64,000 nucleotides of DNA from a virus: the IMG/VR virus record IMGVR_UViG_3300027754_003435; one strand, 5' to 3'. Of this stretch, positions 39,177 to 49,413 are shown one piece after another. Within the stretch, counting starts at the first letter, position 1. Every line of letters starts with the position of its first letter. A program made the translations under genes and the position numbers. The notes beneath the pieces were generated by a model, which did no database searches, was not told the origin of the DNA, and saw only the letters and a program-made list of their open reading frames with translations.

Positions 39177-39621
39177 CCGGTGGATTTGGCCATTCTATTG
39201 AAAATGGGTTAGATTGGGTAGTTATATCACGTAATTCTTGACGATATATTTGCCATTCCGTTTGTTTTTGATTTACTAACGGTGAGTCTGCTAATTGTGT
39301 CCAATCAGACTCTAATAATTTTTCGTTTCTAATATTTCTAATTGAATTCCATTGCACATTTATATTGTTTTGAATTTCTTCTTCGGTTTTGTTACGAACT
39401 TTTTGATACTCAACAACTTCTGTTTCTTCAATTACAATATCACTGCCGTCATAAACCTGGTTTCCGTTAATATTTGCAGTAACAAATCTATATGGATACC
39501 AACCGTATTGTTTTACAGTCTCAGAATCTAACACATGAAAATTGGAAATATTTGCCCAAATAGTAGGAAGTGGACTTGGATTGCCTATAATTTTATTGTT
39601 TTCTACTAATATATAATCCAT
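39169..39621 (-). CDS. Tail fibre assembly chaperone
   Basis: C-terminal WNSIRNIRNEKLLESDWTQL.DSPL.....EWQIYRQELRDIT.Q..P..IEWP.PP; likely start MDYIL at 39621. Confidence 0.85.
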   Translation of the reverse strand: MDYILVENNKIIGNPSPLPTIWANISNFHVLDSETVKQYGWYPYRFVTANINGNQVYDGSDIVIEETEVVEYQKVRNKTEEEIQNNINVQWNSIRNIRNEKLLESDWTQLADSPLVNQKQTEWQIYRQELRDITTQSNPFSIEWPNPPDA

Positions 39622-39679
39622 TGATAATTCCGATTTATTTGAAATATGATACAATTATAAATATGTATAATATTTTTTA

Positions 39680-40315
39680 TTATACTATTTTCTCCCATAC
39701 CAAAAACTTTATGTCAAATCTTCTTGGATACGGATGTTCTGCGACTAATCTGAATTTCTTTGATATTATTTCATCTACTTTTATACCGTCATCATCCCAA
39801 TATATTAATCCAGAATTTTTTTCATCAATTCCAATTGGTATAAACCGTTTTTTCTCATTTACGGACATAAATTTACCACCCAATTTTAGAGAATTATAAA
39901 TAAAATCAATATCTTGCTCCGGTGTTGGACTGTGTTGTATAACATATATTGCTGTAATTAAATCAAATTTATCTAAAAATTGTTTTTGTTTTTCATCTGA
40001 TAACGGTGTATGTATAGGTATAAATTTTTTACTCTGTACATATTCTACTGCACTATTCAGCATAGGTTTACTAAAATCAAAACCATAAACTTCACACCCC
40101 AAATTACTTATAAGACCCTTTGGTATTCTACCAACACCACATCCAAAATCACCAACAACACAATAATTATAAGCATAAAAATTTTCTAATATCGTTCTAA
40201 TAGTGACTTCTGTTTCCATATCAAATTTATATGACACACCCGGTTCTGGTGAAAGACATATATCTTTAGCATGACCAATATCTCTCGGATAAAATGCTTC
40301 AATAACATAATTCAT
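39680..40315 (-). CDS. Class I SAM-dependent methyltransferase
   Basis: VGDFGCGVGR motif I, YGFDFSKPML, FDLITAIYVIQH, LKLGGKF. Confidence 0.88.
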   Translation of the reverse strand: MNYVIEAFYPRDIGHAKDICLSPEPGVSYKFDMETEVTIRTILENFYAYNYCVVGDFGCGVGRIPKGLISNLGCEVYGFDFSKPMLNSAVEYVQSKKFIPIHTPLSDEKQKQFLDKFDLITAIYVIQHSPTPEQDIDFIYNSLKLGGKFMSVNEKKRFIPIGIDEKNSGLIYWDDDGIKVDEIISKKFRLVAEHPYPRRFDIKFLVWEKIV

Positions 40316-40318
40316 ATA

Positions 40319-41329
40319 TTACCTTTTTAAAAAATCTTTCGTAGTATCAACCAATTCATTACGAATTTCCTCAAATATGTCTTCCCATACACCATATTTT
40401 TTTTGTTTAAATAGTGTAACTGAGTTATACCAATTTGATTTATTTCCAGGAACTACCCACGTGTAATACGGCATTATAGGTGTAACAACCCATGTATTTA
40501 TCCCCATAGCAGCTGATAGATGTGCAACAGATGTACATGATGTTATTATTAAATCACAATCGGCTATTATATTCGCAGTATCTTCCCAAGAATTCATTGC
40601 ATTCCGCATATCAGCAAATGGTAGTCCGTCTATACAATTTTCATCACGTTGTAATGAATAAAAAGTTGTATTTGGCGTATTATATAAATTTATCATTAAT
40701 TCTGGTGGGAATCTTCTATGTTGTTCATCTTCAAATTTAGAATTTCCACTCCAACGAATACCAACTTTTAATGTTTGTTCTTTTGCAAAAAGTTTTTTTG
40801 GATTTTTTGATGTGATATATGGTAATCCATCTAAATCGTCATATTGCATGTTTAATATATATGGAGCAGACATTGCAGGTATCCAATAGTCATAATAAAT
40901 GCCTAATACGACTTCGTTATCTATACAAATATATCCATGACGAGAAAATAATTCTTTTAATTCTGGCGTACATGATATTAAAACCCTTGCACCCATTTCT
41001 TTAAATATTTTAGCAAAACGAAAGTTAAGAATTTGATCTCCATAACCACCCTCACACCTGAAAAGGAGTGTTTTATTTTCTAATGGTTCATCTTTCCAAA
41101 TTTTACCCGATATTGCTGGTAAGCCAAATACATCAATGTATCTACCATAATTGAAATATTCAAAAGCTTTTTTCATATTACGATGACGCATTTCATGCCA
41201 ACCTAAATTAAAAAGAACTCTTAAATCATCTTGTGGCTGACTGCGTAGTATATCTTCGCTAATATCCACATTTCCATTTTGAGACGCTTGTAAAGCCATA
41301 TCTAATGGATGCATTATTTTCTTTTCCAT
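40319..41329 (-). CDS. TPR-like plus glycosyltransferase (GT9/heptosyltransferase-like) protein
   Basis: EGGYGDQILNFRFA; VGIRWSGN; SLQR; WEDTANIIADCDLIITSCTSVAHLSAAMG..TWV; short N-terminal helical (TPR-like) segment. Confidence 0.85.
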   Translation of the reverse strand: MEKKIMHPLDMALQASQNGNVDISEDILRSQPQDDLRVLFNLGWHEMRHRNMKKAFEYFNYGRYIDVFGLPAISGKIWKDEPLENKTLLFRCEGGYGDQILNFRFAKIFKEMGARVLISCTPELKELFSRHGYICIDNEVVLGIYYDYWIPAMSAPYILNMQYDDLDGLPYITSKNPKKLFAKEQTLKVGIRWSGNSKFEDEQHRRFPPELMINLYNTPNTTFYSLQRDENCIDGLPFADMRNAMNSWEDTANIIADCDLIITSCTSVAHLSAAMGINTWVVTPIMPYYTWVVPGNKSNWYNSVTLFKQKKYGVWEDIFEEIRNELVDTTKDFLKR

Positions 41330-41387
41330 ATACAAAACCTTTTATTAAAAAATACAATATAAAGATTTTTATCAAAAAAACAAAAAA

Positions 41388-43646
41388 TTATGATGTTATT
41401 GCAATTACAGTATCATACGACCCACCAAAAGCAGCATCTTTTGATATAGATACGTTTGACCAATTTGTTAATGTTCCTATTTGAACAGGTGATGAACGAC
41501 TTGTGATTCCACCATCACCAAGTTGACCATTAGAACCATTCCCCCAAGCCCACATAGTTCCATTTGTTTTTATAGCTATTGTTGTTGAATTTGCTCCAGT
41601 ATAAACCGTTGACCAATTTGTTAAAGTTCCTATTTGGACTGGTGATGAACGGTTTGTGGTTGTACCATCACCCAATTGACCATAAGAATTATTTACACCC
41701 CAAGCCCAAAGAGTGCCATTCGTTTTTACACTCATGGTATATGAACCGTATGCACTCACCTTTGACCAATTTGTTAATGCACCAACTTGAACAGGTGATG
41801 AATATGTAACTGTGCTACTCAATCCCAATCTACCATTAGCACCCGCTCCCCAAACCCAAAGAGTTCCGTCTGTTTTTACAGCAACTGTGTGACTGTAGCC
41901 ACACGTTACTTCTGACCAATTTGTTAATGTTCCTATTTGAACAGGTGATGAACGACTTGTGATTCCACCATCACCCAATCTACCATTAGAACCATTCCCC
42001 CAAGCCCAAAGAGTTCCGTCTGTTTTTACAGCCATGGTATAATCAGCCCCATGTGCTATTTTTGACCAATTTGTTAATGCACCAACTTGGACAGGTGATG
42101 AATATGTAACTGTGTCAGTATTACCCAATCCTAATTGACCATTTGCATTAGCATGACCCCATGCCCAAAGTGTACCATCTGTTTTTATAGCATGTCTCCA
42201 ATCTGAGTTTGCATATATTTTAGACCAATTCGTCAAAGTTCCTATTTGAACTGGAGATATGTATAGTTTATACGGAATAGAAGTGGTTTCAGTTCCTAAT
42301 CCAGTAGCTTCACCCATACCCCAAAGACTACCAGATGTATTTATAAAAAATGTTTTATTATTTCCATTTGATATAAATGAAATATTACTTATATTTGAAA
42401 GTTGTATTGGTGAAGAATATGATAAGGTTGTTAAAGCGTCATAACCAGCTGTTGATCCTCCACCGTAAACGTCACCCGTGGTTGTTAATGCTATAAATGG
42501 TCTATTAGTTGTTGTGATTTGGTATCTTCTCATCGCTGCTACTTTTGACCAACTTGTTAAAGTTCCAATTTGAACAGGAGATGTATATTGAAATCGGGAA
42601 GTATTGTATACATTACTAGTTTCATCATACAAATAATCCGTACTCTCGCCATTAAAACCGTTAGTACCCCAAGCCCAAAGAGTGCCATCTGTTTTTACAG
42701 CCATCGTATGAGAATTATCACACGTAATATTTGCAGTCCAATTCGTTAATGTTCCTATTTGAACGGGGGATGAACGACTTGAAAAATCTCCAATGCCTAA
42801 TTGTCCAGAATTATTGTCACCCCAAGCCCACAATGTACCATCTGTTTTTACAGCCATGGTATAAAAATGTCCACACGATACCGATAACCAATCTGTTAGT
42901 GTACCAACTTGGACAGGAGACGAATATGTTGTAATTGTCTCATCTCCCAATTGTCCAGAATTATTTTCACCCCAAGCCCACAATGTACCATCTGTTTTTA
43001 TACCCATACTATAATTTATTCCACATGATACTTTTGACCAATTCGTTAATGTACCAACTTGGACAGGAGATGATTTAGGTATTGTACTACTATCGCCACA
43101 TTGTCCAACCGAATTTCTACCCCAACCCCACAGAGTACCATTTGTTTTTACAGCCATGGTATGACTAGTTCCACACGATACATTTGACCAATTAGTTAAT
43201 GTACCAACTTGAACAGGAGATGAATATGTTGTTACAGAATTTAATCCCAATCTACCATTTAAACCCGCTCCCCAAGCCCAAAGAGTTCCGTCTGTTTTTA
43301 CAGCTATAGTATGCGATGAAGCTAATGCCACTTTTGACCAATTTGTTAATGCACCAACTTGAACTGGTGATGATATATTGGAGTTTGTATTATTGATACC
43401 TAACTGAGCATTGAAATTACCACCCCACCCCCAAAGAGTACCATCTGTTTTTATAGCCATTCCAGTAAAATTAGAAGTAGTTATTACCGACCAATTACTA
43501 GAAGTGACTACTAATTTTAACCTTGCATATGTTGTGTTATAATCTAATTCACCATATCTTCCCAAACCCCACCCATATAATTTCGTAGTAGTTACTACGG
43601 GAACAGGAGGTGTTTTAGAAGCATTTATTATTATATTTTTAATCAT
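41388..43646 (-). CDS. RCC1/BLIP-II repeat beta-propeller protein
   Basis: Repeated VS.G..HTMAVKTDGTLWAWG.N..GQLG....SSPVQ[VI]GTLTNW; 13 SPVQ-type spacers counted. Confidence 0.9.
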   Translation of the reverse strand: MIKNIIINASKTPPVPVVTTTKLYGWGLGRYGELDYNTTYARLKLVVTSSNWSVITTSNFTGMAIKTDGTLWGWGGNFNAQLGINNTNSNISSPVQVGALTNWSKVALASSHTIAVKTDGTLWAWGAGLNGRLGLNSVTTYSSPVQVGTLTNWSNVSCGTSHTMAVKTNGTLWGWGRNSVGQCGDSSTIPKSSPVQVGTLTNWSKVSCGINYSMGIKTDGTLWAWGENNSGQLGDETITTYSSPVQVGTLTDWLSVSCGHFYTMAVKTDGTLWAWGDNNSGQLGIGDFSSRSSPVQIGTLTNWTANITCDNSHTMAVKTDGTLWAWGTNGFNGESTDYLYDETSNVYNTSRFQYTSPVQIGTLTSWSKVAAMRRYQITTTNRPFIALTTTGDVYGGGSTAGYDALTTLSYSSPIQLSNISNISFISNGNNKTFFINTSGSLWGMGEATGLGTETTSIPYKLYISPVQIGTLTNWSKIYANSDWRHAIKTDGTLWAWGHANANGQLGLGNTDTVTYSSPVQVGALTNWSKIAHGADYTMAVKTDGTLWAWGNGSNGRLGDGGITSRSSPVQIGTLTNWSEVTCGYSHTVAVKTDGTLWVWGAGANGRLGLSSTVTYSSPVQVGALTNWSKVSAYGSYTMSVKTNGTLWAWGVNNSYGQLGDGTTTNRSSPVQIGTLTNWSTVYTGANSTTIAIKTNGTMWAWGNGSNGQLGDGGITSRSSPVQIGTLTNWSNVSISKDAAFGGSYDTVIAITS

Positions 43647-43655
43647 AGTATAACC

Positions 43656-46244
43656 TTATATATTTTGTCCACCGATAAAACCCATGAAGTTAGTTCCACT
43701 ATTCAATGAAATAAAACCAAAAACATCTTTTTTACCGTTTGTACTTGTAAGTGTTGGTGCAGTACCGCCTGGCCACAATATCGATGCACCCCATGAAACA
43801 ACTCTCGCTGTTCCATCTGCGGTAAATATCAACACAAATGAACCAGCATTATTTGCAGCGGGTGGATTTGAAATAGTTAATGTTGTTATATTAGCGTTAA
43901 GGGCAACATCAAATACATTACCGTTTGCTAAATTCAAAGTTAATACACCAGGTGATGGTGCAATTGAAATTCCAGGTGTAGAAAAACGTTCTTCATAATC
44001 AATAAAGGTCGGTGTATTTAATGAGCCAGATAGAAATATACTACCCGATACCGTTACATTTTGAGTTAGTGTGTTTACAAACGATGCAGTTGATGCAAAT
44101 GACGCTGAAGTTGCAAATGATGAACTAACGGCATTCAATACATAAGAAGCGGTTGTTGCTGTTCCTTGTAAAGAACCAGTAAATGATGTTGCATTCACTA
44201 TACCGTTTACAAGAATAGAACCAGTTGCAATTATTCCATTTGTTGCTGTTATCGATCCACTATTAACGACTAACGCTGTGTTGTTTACTAAATTAGTACC
44301 AGAAATTCTTACTGTTCCACTATTAGTATATAAGTTAATAGACGATCCAGTTACCGTGATGTTGTTTCCTAGTGCGTATATACCAGTTGACAGACTTGCC
44401 GGTGAACTCGAATTTGCATCAAATGTAATATAATTAACATTTGCAATTGAACCACTTACAAATACTGATCCACTAATTGTAACATTTTGAGTTAGTGTGT
44501 TTACATATGAAGCAGTTGTTGCAAATGATGCAGAAGTTGCAAATGAAGAACTCACACTATTACGTACATATGAAGCAGTTGTTGCAAATGATGCAGAGGT
44601 TGCAGTTGTTTCAGTACCGGGTAAAAGACTAGTTATTTCATTCGTAGTTGAATTATAATATAAAGAACCAGATGTATATGATGATGCTCGAATTGGAGCA
44701 ACATAAAAGCTACCAGTTTGATTAGCAACATAGTTAATCGTATAACTTCCACTTGCATTTATTACAATTGTTTTTGCAGGTTGACTATTGTATCCGGCGT
44801 TACGTCCAATTGCAATAGAATTCTCACCCAATGACAAAACACCTGCTTGATAACCAATCGCAACAGAGTAATTACCTTGGGCTGAAGTACCAGCTTGATA
44901 ACCAACAGCGGTTGATCCCGTACCCTCTGTTCCGGCTGCAGCACCAATTGCAACGCCATACTCACCCTGCGAAGTTGCGCCTGCTGCGTAACCCATTGCA
45001 ACGGCAAAATTTCCTTGAGAAGAATTTCCTGCATTATAACCTATTGCAATAGAACTCGTACCATGTGAAGTTTGTCCAGCATTATGTCCAATTGCTATTC
45101 TGTTGCCATTTGCATCTGATTGTACTTTTACGGTATTTGATAACTTAAATTCACCTGTATTTGGATTTATAGAAGTTGGAGTTGTTGTTGTATCTGCATA
45201 TAAAGTTTTTCCAGAACCGGCTCCATCTACAAAAACTGGATAATAAACTGCATTAGTATTATCGTCGGTTATATTCATTGTACTTGGTGGTGGTACATTA
45301 AGTACATAAGACGCTGTTGTTGCAAATGAAGCAGACACTACCGTTCCACTTAAAAAAGATGCTGTTGATGAATTAGTTGCAAATGAAGCAGACACCACAG
45401 TTCCACTTAAAAATGATGCTGTTGATGCAAATGATGCTGAAGTTGCAGTTGTTGCAGTTCCTTGTAATGAACCAGTAAATGATGTTGCTTGTAGTGAACC
45501 AGTTATACCATACGAACCAGTAAGTTGTTTTGAATTTGTCCAAACGGAACCACTTCTAACCAATAAGTCACCATAAGAAGCGGTAGTTGATGTATCTAAA
45601 ACATTATGCAGTTCATCTAATTGATAACCATTATCTATTTTTACAAATATAGAACCAACCGATGCATGAACTCGTTGAACAAAACCAACAATAACAGTAT
45701 GGGTTGGAGAAACCGGTTTTGTTTGGGTATATCCACCATTCGTACTTAAATATAAAGTAGCACCCGCTGTTAAACCAATCGTATTTAATCCATTAACAAC
45801 CCCATTTGTAGTAACGAATCCTTCTGTTCCTGCAAGAATTGTCTCTGTTATCATACCAATAGTATTCCGTGAACCTTCTTCGGCTGAATTTCCTGCCCTC
45901 TTAACAGAAATTCGATTTCCTTGTGAACCTGAAATATAAACTATTTCACCATCATTAAGAGTTGTTGCTTCTGCATTGTAAACTCTTGCAACTTGTTCTT
46001 GTCCTAATTGGAGTGTTACATTTCCACCTTTCAATCCTAAATCAAGTGTACCATCACCGTCATTCCAAACAAATCTACCAACTGCACCGGCAGCAGATGA
46101 TGTTGTATAGAAGTTGAGATTATCAACATTGTTTATAGATCCACTCATGGTAAGTGAACCGGATATTATAGAACCATTAGAAGCAGTTACAGACTGAAGA
46201 TGTGCATGACTACCACTTGCTACGAGTTTTTTCCAATTAGACAA
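43656..46244 (-). CDS. Tail fibre-like protein (Ser/Thr-rich, YadA-head-like AIG..AG repeats); TTG start
   Basis: GGAG before the TTG; ATSASFATTASY repeats; IAIG.NAG/VAIGYQAG repeats; small C-terminal beta domain. Confidence 0.7.
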   Translation of the reverse strand: MSNWKKLVASGSHAHLQSVTASNGSIISGSLTMSGSINNVDNLNFYTTSSAAGAVGRFVWNDGDGTLDLGLKGGNVTLQLGQEQVARVYNAEATTLNDGEIVYISGSQGNRISVKRAGNSAEEGSRNTIGMITETILAGTEGFVTTNGVVNGLNTIGLTAGATLYLSTNGGYTQTKPVSPTHTVIVGFVQRVHASVGSIFVKIDNGYQLDELHNVLDTSTTASYGDLLVRSGSVWTNSKQLTGSYGITGSLQATSFTGSLQGTATTATSASFASTASFLSGTVVSASFATNSSTASFLSGTVVSASFATTASYVLNVPPPSTMNITDDNTNAVYYPVFVDGAGSGKTLYADTTTTPTSINPNTGEFKLSNTVKVQSDANGNRIAIGHNAGQTSHGTSSIAIGYNAGNSSQGNFAVAMGYAAGATSQGEYGVAIGAAAGTEGTGSTAVGYQAGTSAQGNYSVAIGYQAGVLSLGENSIAIGRNAGYNSQPAKTIVINASGSYTINYVANQTGSFYVAPIRASSYTSGSLYYNSTTNEITSLLPGTETTATSASFATTASYVRNSVSSSFATSASFATTASYVNTLTQNVTISGSVFVSGSIANVNYITFDANSSSPASLSTGIYALGNNITVTGSSINLYTNSGTVRISGTNLVNNTALVVNSGSITATNGIIATGSILVNGIVNATSFTGSLQGTATTASYVLNAVSSSFATSASFASTASFVNTLTQNVTVSGSIFLSGSLNTPTFIDYEERFSTPGISIAPSPGVLTLNLANGNVFDVALNANITTLTISNPPAANNAGSFVLIFTADGTARVVSWGASILWPGGTAPTLTSTNGKKDVFGFISLNSGTNFMGFIGGQNI

Positions 46245-46280
46245 AGGTAACTCCGTAAATTATATTAATACTTATAAATA

Positions 46281-46463
46281 TTACTTAATATATAATTGTT
46301 GAAGTTTATAAACCAAATCATAAACAACTTGAACCTCGTTTCCCTTGAATGTACAATCGGAAACCAATTTTAGTAAAAACTCCAATTCCTCCTTGCTAAA
46401 GGGAGGAATCGGTGGTATATTATTATTTTGTTCTATTTTTTCGTTTCTATTAGCTAAGCCCAT
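46281..46463 (-). CDS. Small hypothetical protein (FSKEELEFLLKL...F.G.EVQ.VY.LV.KLQ)
   Basis: AAGG SD before the ATG at 46463; lies between fibre genes. Confidence 0.6.
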   Translation of the reverse strand: MGLANRNEKIEQNNNIPPIPPFSKEELEFLLKLVSDCTFKGNEVQVVYDLVYKLQQLYIK

Positions 46464-46501
46464 AAAAAACCTTTTAATTTTTTGTAACATAAATTTATTT
46501 A

Positions 46502-47890
46502 TTAAGAATATATCCAAACACTATCATCAGCTGTGTTAATATACATCTCACCTTTACCATACTCTTGTGCACTAGGTGCGCCGGATGCAAGTTTAACAGT
46601 TGTTACATATTCCAATGCAGTAACTGATGTTGCATTTGTAGCAACACCTTTTGCAACTGCCCATCTACTGTCTCCAATATCATGGTACATTGCAGAACCA
46701 GATGCTAATGAACCCGATGAAGCAACAATACCTGCATCAAGTCCTATTGCAGAACCAGATGCTAATAATATAAATTGGTCTTCAATATTAACATTAGTAA
46801 CATTAAGATTAACTAGTGTTCCGTTAACTGTTAAATCACCGGGAACAACCAAATGATTACCAACGGTAGTTGTTGATGATGCATTTCCAATTGATACAGT
46901 AGTTGCATCGGAAGTACCAATTGCAATTGTTGTTGCATTTGATTGTAATATATTAAATGTACCTGCTGTTGCTGTTCTGATATATGCGCCATTAACAAAA
47001 AGTCCACCCGCTGTTGTAACTGTACCGTCTGAAGGTTTAATTGTTAAGGTATTTGTAGCAACTTTAAGAGTTTCTGCACTTGTGCCTGTATTGTTTGTTA
47101 CAAACGGTATCGGAAAACTAGTAGCAGCTGCATCGGTAGTAGTATTTATGCTATTTGCATTCGTAGCAAATGAAGAACTAACGGCATTCAATACAAAAGA
47201 TGCGGTTGATGCATTAGTTGCAAATGAAGAACTTACACTATTGAGTACATAAGATGCGGTTGATGCATTAGTTGCAAACGAAGAACTTACACTATTGAGT
47301 ACATAAGATGCGGTTGATGCATTAGTTGCAAATGAAGAACTAACGGCATTCAATACAAATGACGCTGTTGATGAATTAGTTGCAAACGAAGAACTTACAC
47401 TATTGAGTACATAAGACGCTGTTGTTGCAAATGATGCAGAAGTTGCAGTTGTTGCAGAAGTTGCAGTTGTTGCAAATGATGCAGTACCTAGTAATGAACC
47501 AGTAAACGAGGTTGCACTAACAGATGTAAGACCGGTTATTGTACTTGCAAGTTGTAAAGAATCAGAAGATTCAACTGCTAAGTTAGTGCCTGCTAAATCA
47601 GTTAAAAGATTTCCATAGGTAGTAAATGAGTTAGTACCATCACTTGTGAAAAATTTATCACCGGATGTTAAATTTGTAATTTCAACAGTTGGAAATGTTG
47701 CGGTTGCTGTTACGCCGGTTATGTTAGTTCCATCGCCACTAAAAGAACCAGTGAAAGAACCCGTAAGTTTTGTTGCTGCCTGTGTAGTTCCAATTATTTG
47801 TGTTGAACCAACTAATACCCCAATCGATGCAGTAACTTGTGCAAGCTCTGCATTACTACCCGATACTATAATTTTTTTCCACGTTGCCAT
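46502..47890 (-). CDS. Tail fibre-like protein with 18-aa Ser/Thr/Ala repeats
   Basis: N-terminus MATWKKIIVSGS is paralogous to MSNWKKLVASGS of the downstream fibre; ASYVLNSVSSSFATNAST repeats. Confidence 0.7.
   Translation of the reverse strand: MATWKKIIVSGSNAELAQVTASIGVLVGSTQIIGTTQAATKLTGSFTGSFSGDGTNITGVTATATFPTVEITNLTSGDKFFTSDGTNSFTTYGNLLTDLAGTNLAVESSDSLQLASTITGLTSVSATSFTGSLLGTASFATTATSATTATSASFATTASYVLNSVSSSFATNSSTASFVLNAVSSSFATNASTASYVLNSVSSSFATNASTASYVLNSVSSSFATNASTASFVLNAVSSSFATNANSINTTTDAAATSFPIPFVTNNTGTSAETLKVATNTLTIKPSDGTVTTAGGLFVNGAYIRTATAGTFNILQSNATTIAIGTSDATTVSIGNASSTTTVGNHLVVPGDLTVNGTLVNLNVTNVNIEDQFILLASGSAIGLDAGIVASSGSLASGSAMYHDIGDSRWAVAKGVATNATSVTALEYVTTVKLASGAPSAQEYGKGEMYINTADDSVWIYS
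47155..47430 (-). repeat. 54-bp coding tandem repeat, ~5 copies
   Basis: AS[YF]VLN[SA]VSSSFATN[AS]ST repeated; gaagaacttacactattgagtacataaga recurs on the + strand. Confidence 0.9.
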
Positions 47891-47915
47891 TTAATTCTCC
47901 AAATTAAATTTTTTG

Positions 47916-49382
47916 TTATATAAATAAATATGCGTTACTTGCAGAAATAACTAAACTTCCAGTAGAATTTATTACTGGTAATGAATTAGTAGACGGTAAT
48001 ACAAATGAACCGCTTATTGTAAGTGAGCCGGTAAACTCATGTGTATCATCGGTTGAATCCCCAAACTTGCTTGAACCCGATACTAATAGAGTTTGGTAAT
48101 TAACTACCGATGAAGAAACTACATACGTTCTTGCAGTTATAGTTCCACCAACAACTACGTTACCGTCAAAATTACCATTTGTTGCGTATAAAGTTGCAAA
48201 TCTTGGTGAATCCGATTCTCCTAACCCAAGAACACTTCTTTGTCCAGAACCAGAAATTATATTTGTTCCAAATAAATGTGTTAGAGTTTGAGTGGAAGAT
48301 GAAACTAAACCAATTGGTTTACTTAGAATATTATTCCAATAAACAGAACCACTTAACTCACCACTTGTAACAAATCCCAAATTACTAATTTGTTGTGATG
48401 AAGAAATTGCACCATCAAAGCTACCACTAAATAATGGAGCTACTATTGTTCCACGTGAAGTAAGTGAGCCACTTAGAAATAAAGAACCTGTGAACTGGTG
48501 TGTGTCATCTATTGTATCACCGAATTGAGTTGAACCAGATGCTTTTATTGATTGAATATTAACGATGGATGATGAAATTACATAAGTTCTTGCAGTAAGT
48601 GTACCGTCTATGTAAGCGTTACCTAATAGTGTAAGTCCACTACCAGAAATATTGCCGAATGTAACATTATCGGAAGTACCCAAGCCAATTGAACTTCTTT
48701 GTGTGGATGATGATATAATTCCAGTTCCGCCTAATACTTGAACAGAACTTGATACAATTCCACTTGGTTTATTTACAAGTCCATTCCAATCGGAAGAAGT
48801 TATAAATCCAAAATTTTGTATTTGTTGTGAAGATGATAATGTTCCAAGAGCAACAATATTTGTTAATCCACTACCATTACCAACGAATGTACCATATACA
48901 GAACCAGTTATGTAAACTGAACCCGTGAACTGATGTGTGTCATCCAAACTGTTACCGAATATGTTTGAACCACTACTGAATGATTGTGTTACATTGATTA
49001 CTGATGATGATATTATAAGTTGCCTTGCAGTTAAATCACCAGTCAATGTTAAATTGTTGAATGTAGGTGAATCAGTTGTTGCAAGTCCAAGAACACTTCT
49101 TTGTGCAGAACTTGATATTATACTAGTACCTACAAGGTTTTTAACTGTTTGTGCAGATGAAGATACAACACCACTTGGTAATGCTGCCGGTGAAATGGTT
49201 GTTAACTGAGAACCATCACCTTTAAAATAATAGGCATCAACAGTTCCAGATACAGCTAAGTACGTAACAAGAGACCCAGTTCCATCGAGGAGTGTAGAAT
49301 CATCGGTTGGGTCAGTCTGAAGCAGCCTATAATACGATTCAGATACGTAAAGGCTGGTTAAATCTCTTTGCATACTTGGCAA
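47916..49382 (-). CDS. Virion fibre/structural protein with three internal repeats (G..TAR...SSS.....SGS..FG...DDTH.FTGS); TTG start
   Basis: Three homologous blocks visible in the translation. Confidence 0.7.
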   Translation of the reverse strand: MPSMQRDLTSLYVSESYYRLLQTDPTDDSTLLDGTGSLVTYLAVSGTVDAYYFKGDGSQLTTISPAALPSGVVSSSAQTVKNLVGTSIISSSAQRSVLGLATTDSPTFNNLTLTGDLTARQLIISSSVINVTQSFSSGSNIFGNSLDDTHQFTGSVYITGSVYGTFVGNGSGLTNIVALGTLSSSQQIQNFGFITSSDWNGLVNKPSGIVSSSVQVLGGTGIISSSTQRSSIGLGTSDNVTFGNISGSGLTLLGNAYIDGTLTARTYVISSSIVNIQSIKASGSTQFGDTIDDTHQFTGSLFLSGSLTSRGTIVAPLFSGSFDGAISSSQQISNLGFVTSGELSGSVYWNNILSKPIGLVSSSTQTLTHLFGTNIISGSGQRSVLGLGESDSPRFATLYATNGNFDGNVVVGGTITARTYVVSSSVVNYQTLLVSGSSKFGDSTDDTHEFTGSLTISGSFVLPSTNSLPVINSTGSLVISASNAYLFI

Positions 49383-49413
49383 TTATTCTCTCTCATTAAT
49401 TCCCATATAAATA

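Noticed and set aside
41457-41990. Duplicated blocks in the RCC1 gene as a DGR template/variable pair
   Set aside because: Differences (CAA CTT versus AGA TTG) are not adenine-specific, both copies are coding, and no reverse transcriptase is in the window.
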